A DNA stretch of 64,000 nucleotides from a virus (taxonomy: Duplodnaviria; Caudoviricetes), in the IMG/VR virus record IMGVR_UViG_3300029288_003518, positions 32,001 through 96,000 of that record. One strand, given 5' to 3'. Shown here piece after piece: positions 18,801-28,323 of this stretch. The notes beneath the pieces were generated by a model that saw only the letters and a program-made list of their open reading frames with translations, did not search any database and was not told where the DNA came from. Position 1 is the stretch's first letter. Every line of letters begins with the position of its first letter. A program made the translations under genes and the position numbers.

Positions 18801-21002
18801 ATGAATAATCCAATTATTTGTAGAATTAGTTATATTCCAGAATGCTCCGGTTACACCCGGAGTAACATCTCCTATCCAATTACCAATGAAGAACCCATCA
18901 TTATGATAGTTTAATTTAACTCCATTAGTATAATAGAGCATCTCAATTGTGTTACCACAACAATAAGTCCCACCATTTGTTCCCGCGGTATTTACACCAT
19001 CAGCTTCAATGGCTGCTAAACCACCACATCCGAGAGTCCACCAGCAGTGTACTATCTGTACGGCATTTGCGTAACACTTTAAATAAACACCCCTCTGGAT
19101 TCTGGAGAAATAAACATTATTTATAACAGTTATATATCCCTGAAATGGGGCATCATCATATAGATCACCTAAATGTGTAATATTAAATCCACCACATATA
19201 ATAGCATCCTGGGTAGGTTGGACTAAAGAATTTGCCTCTGTCTTTCCTATAATTGAACAATCATGTATATTTAACTGAGAATTAGTTGTTTGTATAAATG
19301 GAGTAGTACCATCTGTACTGTCTATTAACTGCAAGTTAGCTATCTCGACAAGACCCTTTCCGTGGGTCATTAATTTAGCTTCATAAGGACCACCAACATA
19401 TCTTAGATCCAAAACAGAAGGAGCTTGCGGAAGTGGGTAAACGTGACCATCCAACCAGGTAGAGTCACCACCCCCCCCAACACCAATAAACCGGAATGTT
19501 GGCTGTTGAGGATAAATACCATCTATATGGAATTGTTTCCCATCGTTTGGAAGGCGTATCTGACTATCTATTCTATATGTTCCCTTCGGGAATAAAATGG
19601 TTCCGCCACCAGTATTATAGCACGCCGTAATAGCTGCCAACACTGCAGTTGAGTCATCGGTAGCCCCATTGCCCAGAGCCCCAAAAGCCCTTACGTCAAA
19701 CCATGGGGAAGTAGTAATAATCCCCGAAGCACTGATTGTTGCACTTAAGTTTAAATTCCCCGTAAGATAATTATCAGTAATAGAACCATTGCCTAGGGTA
19801 ACGGTATTACTTCCGTGTCCAACCGCGGCATACCCAATAACTATCTCATTCGTATCCCCATCAGCTTTGGCCATAGTGCTCATGCCAAGATATACTGAAT
19901 TCTCTGAGGTTACATTGGGATTTACGAACCCAGATATATATCTACCGGAGTTCACTCCTATTGCCGTATTTCTATTTCCTATAGTAATATTCGATAAAGA
20001 ATAATAGCCAATAGCAGTATTATCGCTTCCGGTCGTATCCCAGTAGAGAGAAGCTACCCCAAGAGCAGAACAGGTATTAGCTGTTGAGCTCGTGATAAGC
20101 GCATTCATCCCTATAGCAGTATTAGAAAAACCAGTGGTATTGTCGTGTAAAGCCGCTACTCCGACAGCGGTATTGGAATACCCCTCGGTATTTAAATAAA
20201 GAGACTCTTCTCCACAGGCTGTATTATAACTTCCGCTCGTGTTTAACCAAAGCGAGCAATACCCCGCGGCCGTATTGAAAAACCCCGTAGTATTAGAATA
20301 TAAAGAATTAGTTCCTAAGGCACTATTGGCATATCCCTCAGTGTTGGATAAAAGAGAGTTTTGTCCAAAAGCAGAATTATCATATCCGATAGTATTGAAC
20401 CTAAGAGCCGACACTCCAAACGCTGAGCTTCCATATCCTGCGGTATTACTAAAGAGAGACCCTACGCCAAAAGCTGAATTATAGCTTCCGCTAACATTGC
20501 CCCAGAATGATTGATACCCTAAGGCAGAGTTATCAATCCCTGTTCCAACCGAGTTTCCGGCTCCACCAAAATAATAATTATTTAGCGCGGTTTGAGCAAA
20601 TCCGAAAGTTAGATCATTGTATTTATATAATCCACCATTAACAACATTAAGACTATTAGTGGTTGTTGTCCCATTAACCTGCAAGGCAGTACTCGGTACC
20701 ATAGTACCAATTCCTAATTTATCAGTAAGGACTGTAGGATAAATTGATCCAGTCGAAGGGAATCGCGTAAATGGTGACAGGGGATGCTCCTGAAAAGTTC
20801 CCCAACCATTGGCATCTGAGGTCAGTACATAACCAGAGGGTACTGGACCACCTATTTTAATATGATCAAAATAACCAGAGGCAAAGACACCAGAGGCATA
20901 TATGTCGGAGGATAGGTGCCACCGCTGTATGCTTTTTTCCTTGAGATCACCATTTCCCTTAAGAAAGGAAACTGAAAAATTATCTATTTTACTCGCAGGC
21001 AT
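15801..21002 (-). CDS. Tail fibre/spike (1733 aa): 14-aa NxAxG beta-roll repeats, two pectate-lyase-like beta-helix domains, C-terminal peptidase S74 intramolecular chaperone
   Basis: Repeats N(S/T)A(F/L/I)GxxxLxxNTxG; twice FDVRA(F/Y)GALGNG.TDDSTA...G(T)..FPKGTY; C-terminal GSDLAYKKDI...GFIAQD...PEIV...LSYGQLTAVLVRAVQE. Confidence 0.9.
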   Translation of the reverse strand: MPASKIDNFSVSFLKGNGDLKEKSIQRWHLSSDIYASGVFASGYFDHIKIGGPVPSGYVLTSDANGWGTFQEHPLSPFTRFPSTGSIYPTVLTDKLGIGTMVPSTALQVNGTTTTNSLNVVNGGLYKYNDLTFGFAQTALNNYYFGGAGNSVGTGIDNSALGYQSFWGNVSGSYNSAFGVGSLFSNTAGYGSSAFGVSALRFNTIGYDNSAFGQNSLLSNTEGYANSALGTNSLYSNTTGFFNTAAGYCSLWLNTSGSYNTACGEESLYLNTEGYSNTAVGVAALHDNTTGFSNTAIGMNALITSSTANTCSALGVASLYWDTTGSDNTAIGYYSLSNITIGNRNTAIGVNSGRYISGFVNPNVTSENSVYLGMSTMAKADGDTNEIVIGYAAVGHGSNTVTLGNGSITDNYLTGNLNLSATISASGIITTSPWFDVRAFGALGNGATDDSTAVLAAITACYNTGGGTILFPKGTYRIDSQIRLPNDGKQFHIDGIYPQQPTFRFIGVGGGGDSTWLDGHVYPLPQAPSVLDLRYVGGPYEAKLMTHGKGLVEIANLQLIDSTDGTTPFIQTTNSQLNIHDCSIIGKTEANSLVQPTQDAIICGGFNITHLGDLYDDAPFQGYITVINNVYFSRIQRGVYLKCYANAVQIVHCWWTLGCGGLAAIEADGVNTAGTNGGTYCCGNTIEMLYYTNGVKLNYHNDGFFIGNWIGDVTPGVTGAFWNITNSTNNWIIHQNDTIVTCEGNYIFGGRDADDGLEVPNSITATGSITAFTDWWCKKIQTTNDIGGKINFLGGSIGNTPRGMVGFGHTGSGADTIFTGELVDSIALKSYGPMHFGTNGDFIAMTIDTAQRVGIGTTVPGVKLEVNGAVAITNESLNLTVTSNDEWSRGIQWYKSRGTGDTVLGDNLGYLSFAGQTSAISRIGGYLSIDIDGTPTASSIPTSFTFYSGTPITQIMKISSSGIIDVNGDVNITPGSHYKVNGANLSYADLGAAPTLNPIFTGSVDLSNASLNISVSTNDQYSQGIQWYKSRSTNDIQNGDTLGYLSWAGQTNSVERLGGYIGIDVDGNPTSTSVPVSYNFYSGNPISSVAKISCSGVLTVSDVVSKSPSFDVRAYGALGNGTTDDSTAVLAAITAAYNSGGGTVLFPKGTYRVDSQIALANDGKQLSINGVYPQQPTIRLVGMGGGGDSTWLNGSSFTAPTAPSAIDLRYAGSIAKIVTKGKGLLEISNLQLKDTTDGTLPFVFTTNTTLKIHDCSFIGKTEAVDATLAQDIIILGGNNIAHLGDLDNDAPFQGYVTTIENNYFNNLRKILLNKYVNGITISKNFWALGCGGDCALEMLGDAGEYNSRNFITGNAIELGHYNYGIKLKYAKYNYFFGNGLYDATPTTITLWYLDETLNNSIFCDSDSFSGGGAPFNQIIACESGYARLTLGHFDINRWQSADDIGAYMTFTGGTDGITKRGYFGFGHLGSGGDTVFTGELASSICLRSQNALQFGTNGDHIAMTIDTSQRLGVGTAVPSVTLDVEGGTDYIARFHNGFPVITLEGDWDAGASIDFKNTGAGSGTAGIKTRIGRGIASGTSVFEIYDQVQGKSRILVDPSGYVGLTLTSPSHLIHLNGGAYCDGTGDWIAGSDLAYKKDIDYDFKYGIKEIEKLRPVYYVHKQDESNKKQVGFIAQDMRKIIPEIVSGSEGELGLSYGQLTAVLVRAVQEQQREINELKLQINKLGAHNNTIER
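16430..19710 (-). repeat. Internal duplications in the tail fibre gene (large about 430-aa unit x2; about 86-aa unit x2)
   Basis: Large copies begin near 19710 (SPWFDVRAFG) and near 17684 (SPSFDVRAYG). Small copies GIQWYKSR...GYLS.AGQT...FYSG lie at about 18375-18118 and about 17972-17716. Confidence 0.85.
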
Positions 21003-21005
21003 ATT

Positions 21006-21407
21006 CTAATATCCCAATTTTTTATGCTTCATTAAGTATAATCTAACGCGATCAATTATATCGGTTGATTCCTCAACAAACCCCAGACAGACATTACACG
21101 CATGGCACAGGAGCCCACGCACTATTCCCGTTTCATGGTCATGATCTACGGACAATCTTTTAATATTACCAGTCCTGTAGTCTGTAACAGATTCTGGTCT
21201 CTTACATATTGCACAACATCCACCCTGGTCAACAAAGATTTTATTATAATCGTCTATAGTTATCCCATACATTACACGCAAGTCTCTCGATACTCTTCCG
21301 GACCTTACCCTATCCTTATTCTTAGCAACATACGCTGCGTGGGTAGCAGTAGCTCTAGCCCTATTTTTCCTATGCCACTCTTTCATATATTTGGGATTAT
21401 CGGACAT
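21006..21407 (-). CDS. Endonuclease VII-type HNH (putative free-standing homing endonuclease)
   Basis: YGIT..DY...QGGCCAIC...LSVDHDHETGIVRGLLCHACN. Confidence 0.88.
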   Translation of the reverse strand: MSDNPKYMKEWHRKNRARATATHAAYVAKNKDRVRSGRVSRDLRVMYGITIDDYNKIFVDQGGCCAICKRPESVTDYRTGNIKRLSVDHDHETGIVRGLLCHACNVCLGFVEESTDIIDRVRLYLMKHKKLGY

Positions 21408-21408
21408 C

Positions 21409-23745
21409 TTAGTAACCCAACTTCACGGTATACGACCTAAGAGTCGCCGTAGACGTAGGTGAAGAGTTATCTTCCCGAGTGAAAACCGCCTTAAGATATA
21501 TTTTATTTGTTGCTGTAGTTATAAACTTATATGAGAGAACATACGTCTCCGCACCGTGAGCGCACAACATATCATCATTAGAATTCGACCACCTTGAGGT
21601 CTGCGGTCTATAGTTTACTATTATCTCCTTGTTACCATCACCATCATAATCAACTATAGCATATTTAAGATGGTCCGTAATCAGAGTGTTATACTTCAAT
21701 TCAAACCAGCTAGTCTCTTGAAGTTTCTCGGCATAGGCAAATTGAGCATACACAAGTTGGTATAAATATTTGTTCCCATTCACGGAATAGAATCTATCAT
21801 TGGCTGACTCGGGCTCTGCGGTTGTAGTAATCTTATGCCAACCGGCTGTCAACCTTACTCTGTCCATAGAAGATATATCCAAATCAATCCCATTGGTAGT
21901 AACAATAGTATACTGTCCAGCATCAAGTTCTGCCTGGTTGAACCTAACATGGTTTATATCTATTCCATCCGAATTTAATATATAAACCTGGGTAGTATAT
22001 ACCGTTGGTTCCGAAATTTCATTATCATACTGATAGTCTATATATACAGTATTAGATGGAGCCAGGGGATCGGAGGATATATTTCCACCAGTTTGCCTAG
22101 TAATAACCTTTGTAGAATAATTTACAGTATAGTCTCCCGGTGTAGTAGCCCAGTAGCTAGGGTTCTGCCCGGCATCACTCTTCACCCTGACTGATCCCCT
22201 TATTAGGCCTTCACCGTCAACTGGAGTGAAATTTGGATAAGTAAGGGTAATAGTAGAGCTATTCCCAAAAACATACTTCTCGTCATAAATAGCCCTTCTC
22301 TGTACGGTATATGTCGGTGTTACCTGCCAGTTATCTTTTCCTCGGTAGAGGGTAACAGTGTTCTTAACCGGCTCATATGGAAACTGGTATATCTTATAGA
22401 AGTTTATCCCATAATAGTTTTCCAGTGGGGTACCATAAGTTACAGAATCCCACTCTATCTCCGGTACATTATTAAAGAATGCTATATGCTTAAAATCAAC
22501 AACCTGTTGTTCAGTTGGCGCAGGATCATTAACGGGACTTATTACTGCCCAATTATATAAAGTTGGGTCATCCGTGGATGGATCACCTAAAGATAGATAA
22601 TAATTTATTTTATTACCCAGCTGAACATCTTGATCAACAACCAGAGATGCCTTATCAATGGTAAGTGATTCTCCCCCAGGGTCAGATATAGTATAGGCTG
22701 TAGAATATAAAACAGAGGAAGTGTCATATCCCATTTTAAATATCTCGATATGTTTAAAACCTATTACATACCTATATGCTGGGTTCCCATCCAGAGTAGT
22801 CTGCTCATCTTCTATCAGCTTTTGTACTGAGAATTTAAGATATCTCACCCTTGTCTCATCAAAGTTCCATACAGCTATCTTTCCGTTGGAAACTTCCTTG
22901 GCCTGGACTCCATAACCCAAAGGAAGGGTAACAAAGTTTATATTATCTAGAGAATATAGTGGTGTTACATACATAACCTTAGAGGACTGTCCTTTTATCT
23001 CAATTCTGGTAATATATAATCCATCGGGGTCATTGGGAGAAATATCAATAATAAAAGAAACTACAAGCTCACCTGGCGTATTAGTAATTATTTCCTGGGT
23101 CCATGAAACACTAACATCAGAAAAAGCATAGCCAAATTTACTTTGAGGGAATAAGGTATTTGATAGTATACTAGCAGTATATTTCGCTTCTGCTAGTATG
23201 GGCCAATTAACTTTGTCAAAATAATGAGACATATCTATCTTGGCAATACCACTCTGGCTCTCTCTTAACGTAACTATCCCAGCATCGGTGTTAATCTCAC
23301 AGCTCGTATGCTCAATATCTATTTTTGATCTATCTATAAAGCTATCATGTACAGAGTATACATATCCCTCGGTATCCGAAGCCGTAAGAACAAGGTCTGT
23401 TAGTTGATCTTCAAGGCTGCTAATTTTGTGTAACAGTTTACGCCTCTCTGTATCGTAATAATCAAAATCTTTTAGCACCACAGTAAACTGATCAACCAGT
23501 TCTTCGTAGAGATTATTGAGATCATCATATAACTGTGAGAGATTATCATTATAGACATCTACGTCAAAAACCTTCCTGTATGATAATTTATTGTTTCTGA
23601 AGAATGGGTATCCCACACTATGAGTAGCGTAGAATTCTCCTAATTTAGAAGTAACATACTCAACCGTGGGTATAAAACCATCTTTCATGCCATCCTCTAC
23701 AATAGTATTAAGGGCTTTTGTAACCTGACGCGAAGATATACTCAT
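21409..23745 (-). CDS. Large virion structural protein (baseplate/fibre paralogue)
   Basis: Position in the tail operon; YNDNLSQLYDDLNNLYEE and C-terminal TATLRSYTVKL are family motifs; beta-rich. Confidence 0.65.
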   Translation of the reverse strand: MSISSRQVTKALNTIVEDGMKDGFIPTVEYVTSKLGEFYATHSVGYPFFRNNKLSYRKVFDVDVYNDNLSQLYDDLNNLYEELVDQFTVVLKDFDYYDTERRKLLHKISSLEDQLTDLVLTASDTEGYVYSVHDSFIDRSKIDIEHTSCEINTDAGIVTLRESQSGIAKIDMSHYFDKVNWPILAEAKYTASILSNTLFPQSKFGYAFSDVSVSWTQEIITNTPGELVVSFIIDISPNDPDGLYITRIEIKGQSSKVMYVTPLYSLDNINFVTLPLGYGVQAKEVSNGKIAVWNFDETRVRYLKFSVQKLIEDEQTTLDGNPAYRYVIGFKHIEIFKMGYDTSSVLYSTAYTISDPGGESLTIDKASLVVDQDVQLGNKINYYLSLGDPSTDDPTLYNWAVISPVNDPAPTEQQVVDFKHIAFFNNVPEIEWDSVTYGTPLENYYGINFYKIYQFPYEPVKNTVTLYRGKDNWQVTPTYTVQRRAIYDEKYVFGNSSTITLTYPNFTPVDGEGLIRGSVRVKSDAGQNPSYWATTPGDYTVNYSTKVITRQTGGNISSDPLAPSNTVYIDYQYDNEISEPTVYTTQVYILNSDGIDINHVRFNQAELDAGQYTIVTTNGIDLDISSMDRVRLTAGWHKITTTAEPESANDRFYSVNGNKYLYQLVYAQFAYAEKLQETSWFELKYNTLITDHLKYAIVDYDGDGNKEIIVNYRPQTSRWSNSNDDMLCAHGAETYVLSYKFITTATNKIYLKAVFTREDNSSPTSTATLRSYTVKLGY

Positions 23746-23746
23746 T

Positions 23747-25996
23747 TTACAATCCTCCTAAGGGGTAGATCTGAAGAGCGTACTTGGCTAGAACTGGAGT
23801 ATAGCTCTCAGCATCAGAAATATCTGTAGGTCTAGACAGGGCAGCCTTAAACCTAATTGAATATACCGCGTCTCCTACGTCAATATAGGCCAGTGGATTC
23901 TTCCTCTCCGCACTTGGAACATCAGAATTAACATTGATTATTTCTGGTACAGAATTTGTTCCATCCTCAGATACAGTCGTTCTATGACTAGTGGGCGAGA
24001 TCCGGTTCCACGATGTCCCATTATCTATAGATATATAATATTTTATCCAATCATTCTCAGTATTTATTCTCGATGGATCTTCATAGAAGACCTTGGGAAT
24101 AGTCTCATCCACCTGAAGGGCTACCTTAGAAATTGGTTTAGGACTAAGGAATGGTTTGGATACAATTTCACTCGCTTCTGAAAATTTATAAGAATATATA
24201 TTGATATCTCTAATCCCTATAGCAAACCTAGATCTATCATTCTTAATTGCTGTCCAGCTCCTGGATATTCTGGCCGGGCTAACAGATGTCTCGGTCTTTT
24301 TAGTAGAGGAGAAGAATGACAACCCCAAAGCAACGAGAAATAGAGCTCCACCGGTAGCAATATTTAATGGGCTAACAAGTGCTGCCCCAAGAGCTGCGGT
24401 ACCAGCTGCCGCTGTCCACCCAGCTGCAGTTAAGAGGTTATTGCTGGTTTCTCCAGTAGTTACACTCCCAGGCTCGAGAGACATTGCATCAAAACCAAGA
24501 AGATGGCCTGTAAGGTATGGCATTTCTACTGTCTTCCTTACAGTGTAACTATCAGTAGAAGTTTTCTTGCTCAATCCCCAAAACTTAGTTGTAGTAGTAT
24601 TAGTAGTGACTGTTTGTTCTATCTCCACCATCAGAACTTCATAATCCTTCAGATAGGATCTGGTCTGCCTAAGATCAAATTTAATAACCCTGGTTGTCCT
24701 GGGCGCGAAACACCATACCCCCTGGCCTCCATACTTAAACTGATCGGGCGATAGGGTGTCTTTTATCTCAGATGAATTAAGTTCGCTATTGGCCTGGCTA
24801 GTTAAGGTAGTCTCATATTCGTGGTCATCGAATCCGTCTAATTCTGAGAAAACCTTTCCATCAGCAGAAGTTTGTATAGATAGAACTTCCAGATATAGAT
24901 CCTGTCCGAAATTGTTTGGATTAAGACTAATCCAGTTTATACTTTCATTTTGCGCCAGATGGACAATAAAACTACACCCAAGATATGTTGACGATGAAGT
25001 CTCTGTAACCGGAATATAATTTTCAATTAAACTCCCGCGCTGATCGGTTGTTACAGTCCCCCCTGTAGTGCTAACATTAACAGAATTAACCTCATTAGCA
25101 ACTAACTCATTGAACTCAGCCACACTAATCTGCTTACCGGTATATTTATCCTTATATCCAACTATTGGATTGGTATTTAGCTCTACCTCCCAGAATGTAT
25201 CCGCATTATTATCAAACATGGAAAGTCTTTTAGGCATATTCTCTTCTTCACTCGCACCATGTTCATATAGTCTTGTTCCATCAGAGGAATAGGTAACATG
25301 CCAAGTTCCTCCCTCCGGCCTGGGTTCATTCTTTATACCAAAATAAAGTCCCTCATAACCCCCATACTCCCCTGTCGGATCCCACTCTGGGATAGATTCC
25401 TTAATACCCGTTACTGTCGTTACTAGACTACTCCTATCTATATTGCCAGTCCTCTTGAGAGTTATGACCCCTTGGCTCGAAACCAATTCAGCGGAATCAA
25501 CTCCCGGAGTTATCTTACTAAAATCTATCTTAGAATTATCTACAAAATCATCGACTGCATAGATTGATTGAGTCTTAGACCCAGAAGAATAGAACGAATA
25601 ATCTACAGTATCTGAAGAAAGCTTGATAACTTTGTTAAGCAGCATCTGCCTATCCATCTCGCTATAGTTAAAATCTTTCACTAATACAGATGATAACGAA
25701 TCTGTCTCTGTATATGCCACGTGAATATCGTTTACAAGCTCTGTCATTGTATCATTATACCCAGATGACCTGGCTGGTGATTCTTTCTTAATCAACCTTT
25801 TCTTAAGTGTTGGTTTCCCGAGGTTGGAAAAGAAATCCTTAAAAGCCTTAAATAGGGCAGAGAATAGAGAATTCTCTGTTTGCATATCCTTGGAGGTATC
25901 AACATCCTTTCTCTTCTGCTCTATAATAGCCAGAAGATTATTGGCTTTCTCTATATTCATCTTGGTATCATTTAATCTTAAATATTCATTTGACAT
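23747..25996 (-). CDS. Large virion structural protein (baseplate/fibre paralogue) with an internal hydrophobic Gly/Ala segment
   Basis: YNDTMTELVNDI, MFDNNADTFWE, YYISIDNGTSW and C-terminal TPVLAKYALQI. Confidence 0.65.
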   Translation of the reverse strand: MSNEYLRLNDTKMNIEKANNLLAIIEQKRKDVDTSKDMQTENSLFSALFKAFKDFFSNLGKPTLKKRLIKKESPARSSGYNDTMTELVNDIHVAYTETDSLSSVLVKDFNYSEMDRQMLLNKVIKLSSDTVDYSFYSSGSKTQSIYAVDDFVDNSKIDFSKITPGVDSAELVSSQGVITLKRTGNIDRSSLVTTVTGIKESIPEWDPTGEYGGYEGLYFGIKNEPRPEGGTWHVTYSSDGTRLYEHGASEEENMPKRLSMFDNNADTFWEVELNTNPIVGYKDKYTGKQISVAEFNELVANEVNSVNVSTTGGTVTTDQRGSLIENYIPVTETSSSTYLGCSFIVHLAQNESINWISLNPNNFGQDLYLEVLSIQTSADGKVFSELDGFDDHEYETTLTSQANSELNSSEIKDTLSPDQFKYGGQGVWCFAPRTTRVIKFDLRQTRSYLKDYEVLMVEIEQTVTTNTTTTKFWGLSKKTSTDSYTVRKTVEMPYLTGHLLGFDAMSLEPGSVTTGETSNNLLTAAGWTAAAGTAALGAALVSPLNIATGGALFLVALGLSFFSSTKKTETSVSPARISRSWTAIKNDRSRFAIGIRDINIYSYKFSEASEIVSKPFLSPKPISKVALQVDETIPKVFYEDPSRINTENDWIKYYISIDNGTSWNRISPTSHRTTVSEDGTNSVPEIINVNSDVPSAERKNPLAYIDVGDAVYSIRFKAALSRPTDISDAESYTPVLAKYALQIYPLGGL

Positions 25997-28306
25997 TTAT
26001 ATTGTCCTCAGCTTTAGAGTAAAGTCATTCAGGATGGGGGTAACAGATACATTCCCTCTATTATTATTTCTAAGAAGGGACCTAAATTGTATAAAATCAT
26101 TTAAGTATTGATATTTTGCCTTTACCTCTTTACTCGCCAGTGGAGTATTGAAGTACAAAGATTTTCCGCTATGTATATACTCATAATATGGATAGGTTAC
26201 CTCATCATATGCGGTTAATGCAGGCCTAACATTAGAATAATAATCAGTTTGATTAATTGAATCAAAACCATCCACAGTAACTTTTAAAACATCATAATAT
26301 TCTCCAGCTGCTATCCCATGAGATGTACCGGCGGTTATATTCAACCACCTACCATCTTCTTCCGCAAAATCAGGAGATGATTTTCCGGCCTTAGTAGTAT
26401 CATTAATAATAGAATAATCTATGTATGGAAAATGCTCTAATTCTACCTTGTACTGTCTGGATCCTACTCCGGAATATTGTTCAGTAGAATCAAGCAAGAC
26501 ATCACTAGAGAAATTAACAATTACCCCACTCGGGATAACATCTGTAGTCCCTATTGGCAAATATGTTACAGTATAAGCCGATGTTGCCATATACCATCCG
26601 GAAGATACTACGATAGACCCATCCGTAGGGTCAAATACATAATCTGAAGACGGGATTATATTATCATTTCTATATAGGCTATCTACATACCCGCTACAGG
26701 GAAATCTTATATGGCCAGTTTGGGTATTGGAATCCACATCCAGTCTTTCTTTATATATATATCCCCCCGATGGGAGGATATTCTTCCATTCACCAGACCT
26801 TGTAGCTACCTGATATTCTATACTCGTACCAGATGGGACAACTTCGGATACATCCAGCCGGGCCTCTAATACCGCCCCATTAGGAGTGTACATCGGGCTA
26901 ATATATTCCCCACTCTCCATATACCATATCTTCCTGATATCTATATTATATGCCCCATATGCATACTCATATTTTCTAACCTCCACTAGTTCATCCGTTG
27001 CGTCTGACTTCTTTCCATATAGATCAAGTTTTAGTGGATCAACAACATTGGATGACCCAGTCTTGGTCATCTCAGCTGTTGCAGCATCGAAATAAGTCTC
27101 AGATAGGGATTGTGTTTGGTCGTAGTTATCCATTTTACCGATAGCTTTTACCCTATCTTCATAACTCTGGGTAGCATCAACATAAGCTTTCCATCCAGTA
27201 ATATAGTCAATCATATCTTGGGTGGCCTGTATCGGGGCAGTAGTTTCCGTAGTAATAGAGTATTCTCTATCAACAATTTGCTGCCATAGCTGCGCATTAT
27301 TAATTATTCTCTTTGGTATCTTATAGGTATTAATACTGGGATTTCTTTGGTTAATTACTATCTTTATTTGTTTAATTATAACTTCACTAAAATTAAACTC
27401 CATAATAGAGGTAGATTCTGTGGGGGCAACATTTAAATCTATCCAGGGCCCACCTACGGTCTGGCTATAGAATATCTTCATAATACTCAGAGGATAATTG
27501 GTGAACGGGTTATACCTTATGTTGTTTATTAAGTCGGGCCTAAAGAGTGTTATTACTATTTCACATATTGCACCAAACTGACTTTCTCCTGCATACGTCT
27601 GTCTTATCGGTTCATCAGTAAGGATAACCTCTCCCCAGAATGTTTCAGAATCACCATCTATAGCTAATTCTTTCCTATGGGATTCATCCTCTATTGTTCC
27701 CTTTATCCCACCACCGTAATGATATATATCTATATCCGCCATCGCCAGACCGCTTATACTAAGAGCAGAATGATCTAACCCTATTGGAAGCTTAACAGCA
27801 TTAGTCTCAGAATCTATCTGGGCAGCAAATATCCTGTCAGTAGATAGGTTATCCGATTTATAGAATGAGTTAAACTTTACGTCGGTTATCCCACTCTTGT
27901 TCTCTTTTATAACCTTATGAACTACTATATCGTTTTCTATCTTAGATAAGGCAACCTTAATATCCCTAAGTACAGAATCATTCAATAACCTATGAACCTT
28001 GAGGGTTTTATTAATATTATTATTCTGTTTAAAAAGCGCCCCCAGATCAACATAGGCCTCATCCATGGTATTATTATAGTCCTTAGAAACTATTTTACCA
28101 TATTTAGTAGCCTTCCTTAACTGGATCAGCGGATTACCAAGCGGTTTCTCTAACTGGGCAATCAAAGTCTGAAGCTGAGTCTTTAGATCTGCATCATCGG
28201 GAGTTTGATCAGTAGAATCATACCGGCTCTTAAGGACAGCCAGCAGCCTATCCTGTTGGGTCTTAGGTATTAGATTATAATAAGATTCAAGATAACTTTG
28301 CCTCAT
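25997..28306 (-). CDS. Large virion structural protein (baseplate/fibre paralogue)
   Basis: SKDYNNTMDEAYVDLGALF, AIDGDSETFW and C-terminal TPILNDFTLKL. Confidence 0.65.
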   Translation of the reverse strand: MRQSYLESYYNLIPKTQQDRLLAVLKSRYDSTDQTPDDADLKTQLQTLIAQLEKPLGNPLIQLRKATKYGKIVSKDYNNTMDEAYVDLGALFKQNNNINKTLKVHRLLNDSVLRDIKVALSKIENDIVVHKVIKENKSGITDVKFNSFYKSDNLSTDRIFAAQIDSETNAVKLPIGLDHSALSISGLAMADIDIYHYGGGIKGTIEDESHRKELAIDGDSETFWGEVILTDEPIRQTYAGESQFGAICEIVITLFRPDLINNIRYNPFTNYPLSIMKIFYSQTVGGPWIDLNVAPTESTSIMEFNFSEVIIKQIKIVINQRNPSINTYKIPKRIINNAQLWQQIVDREYSITTETTAPIQATQDMIDYITGWKAYVDATQSYEDRVKAIGKMDNYDQTQSLSETYFDAATAEMTKTGSSNVVDPLKLDLYGKKSDATDELVEVRKYEYAYGAYNIDIRKIWYMESGEYISPMYTPNGAVLEARLDVSEVVPSGTSIEYQVATRSGEWKNILPSGGYIYKERLDVDSNTQTGHIRFPCSGYVDSLYRNDNIIPSSDYVFDPTDGSIVVSSGWYMATSAYTVTYLPIGTTDVIPSGVIVNFSSDVLLDSTEQYSGVGSRQYKVELEHFPYIDYSIINDTTKAGKSSPDFAEEDGRWLNITAGTSHGIAAGEYYDVLKVTVDGFDSINQTDYYSNVRPALTAYDEVTYPYYEYIHSGKSLYFNTPLASKEVKAKYQYLNDFIQFRSLLRNNNRGNVSVTPILNDFTLKLRTI

Positions 28307-28323
28307 CTATGATCCTCGCATTT

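Noticed and set aside
16430-19710. Diversity-generating retroelement template/variable repeats in the fibre gene
   Set aside because: The repeats are long in-frame domain duplications with general divergence rather than adenine-specific changes, and no reverse transcriptase is present in the window.
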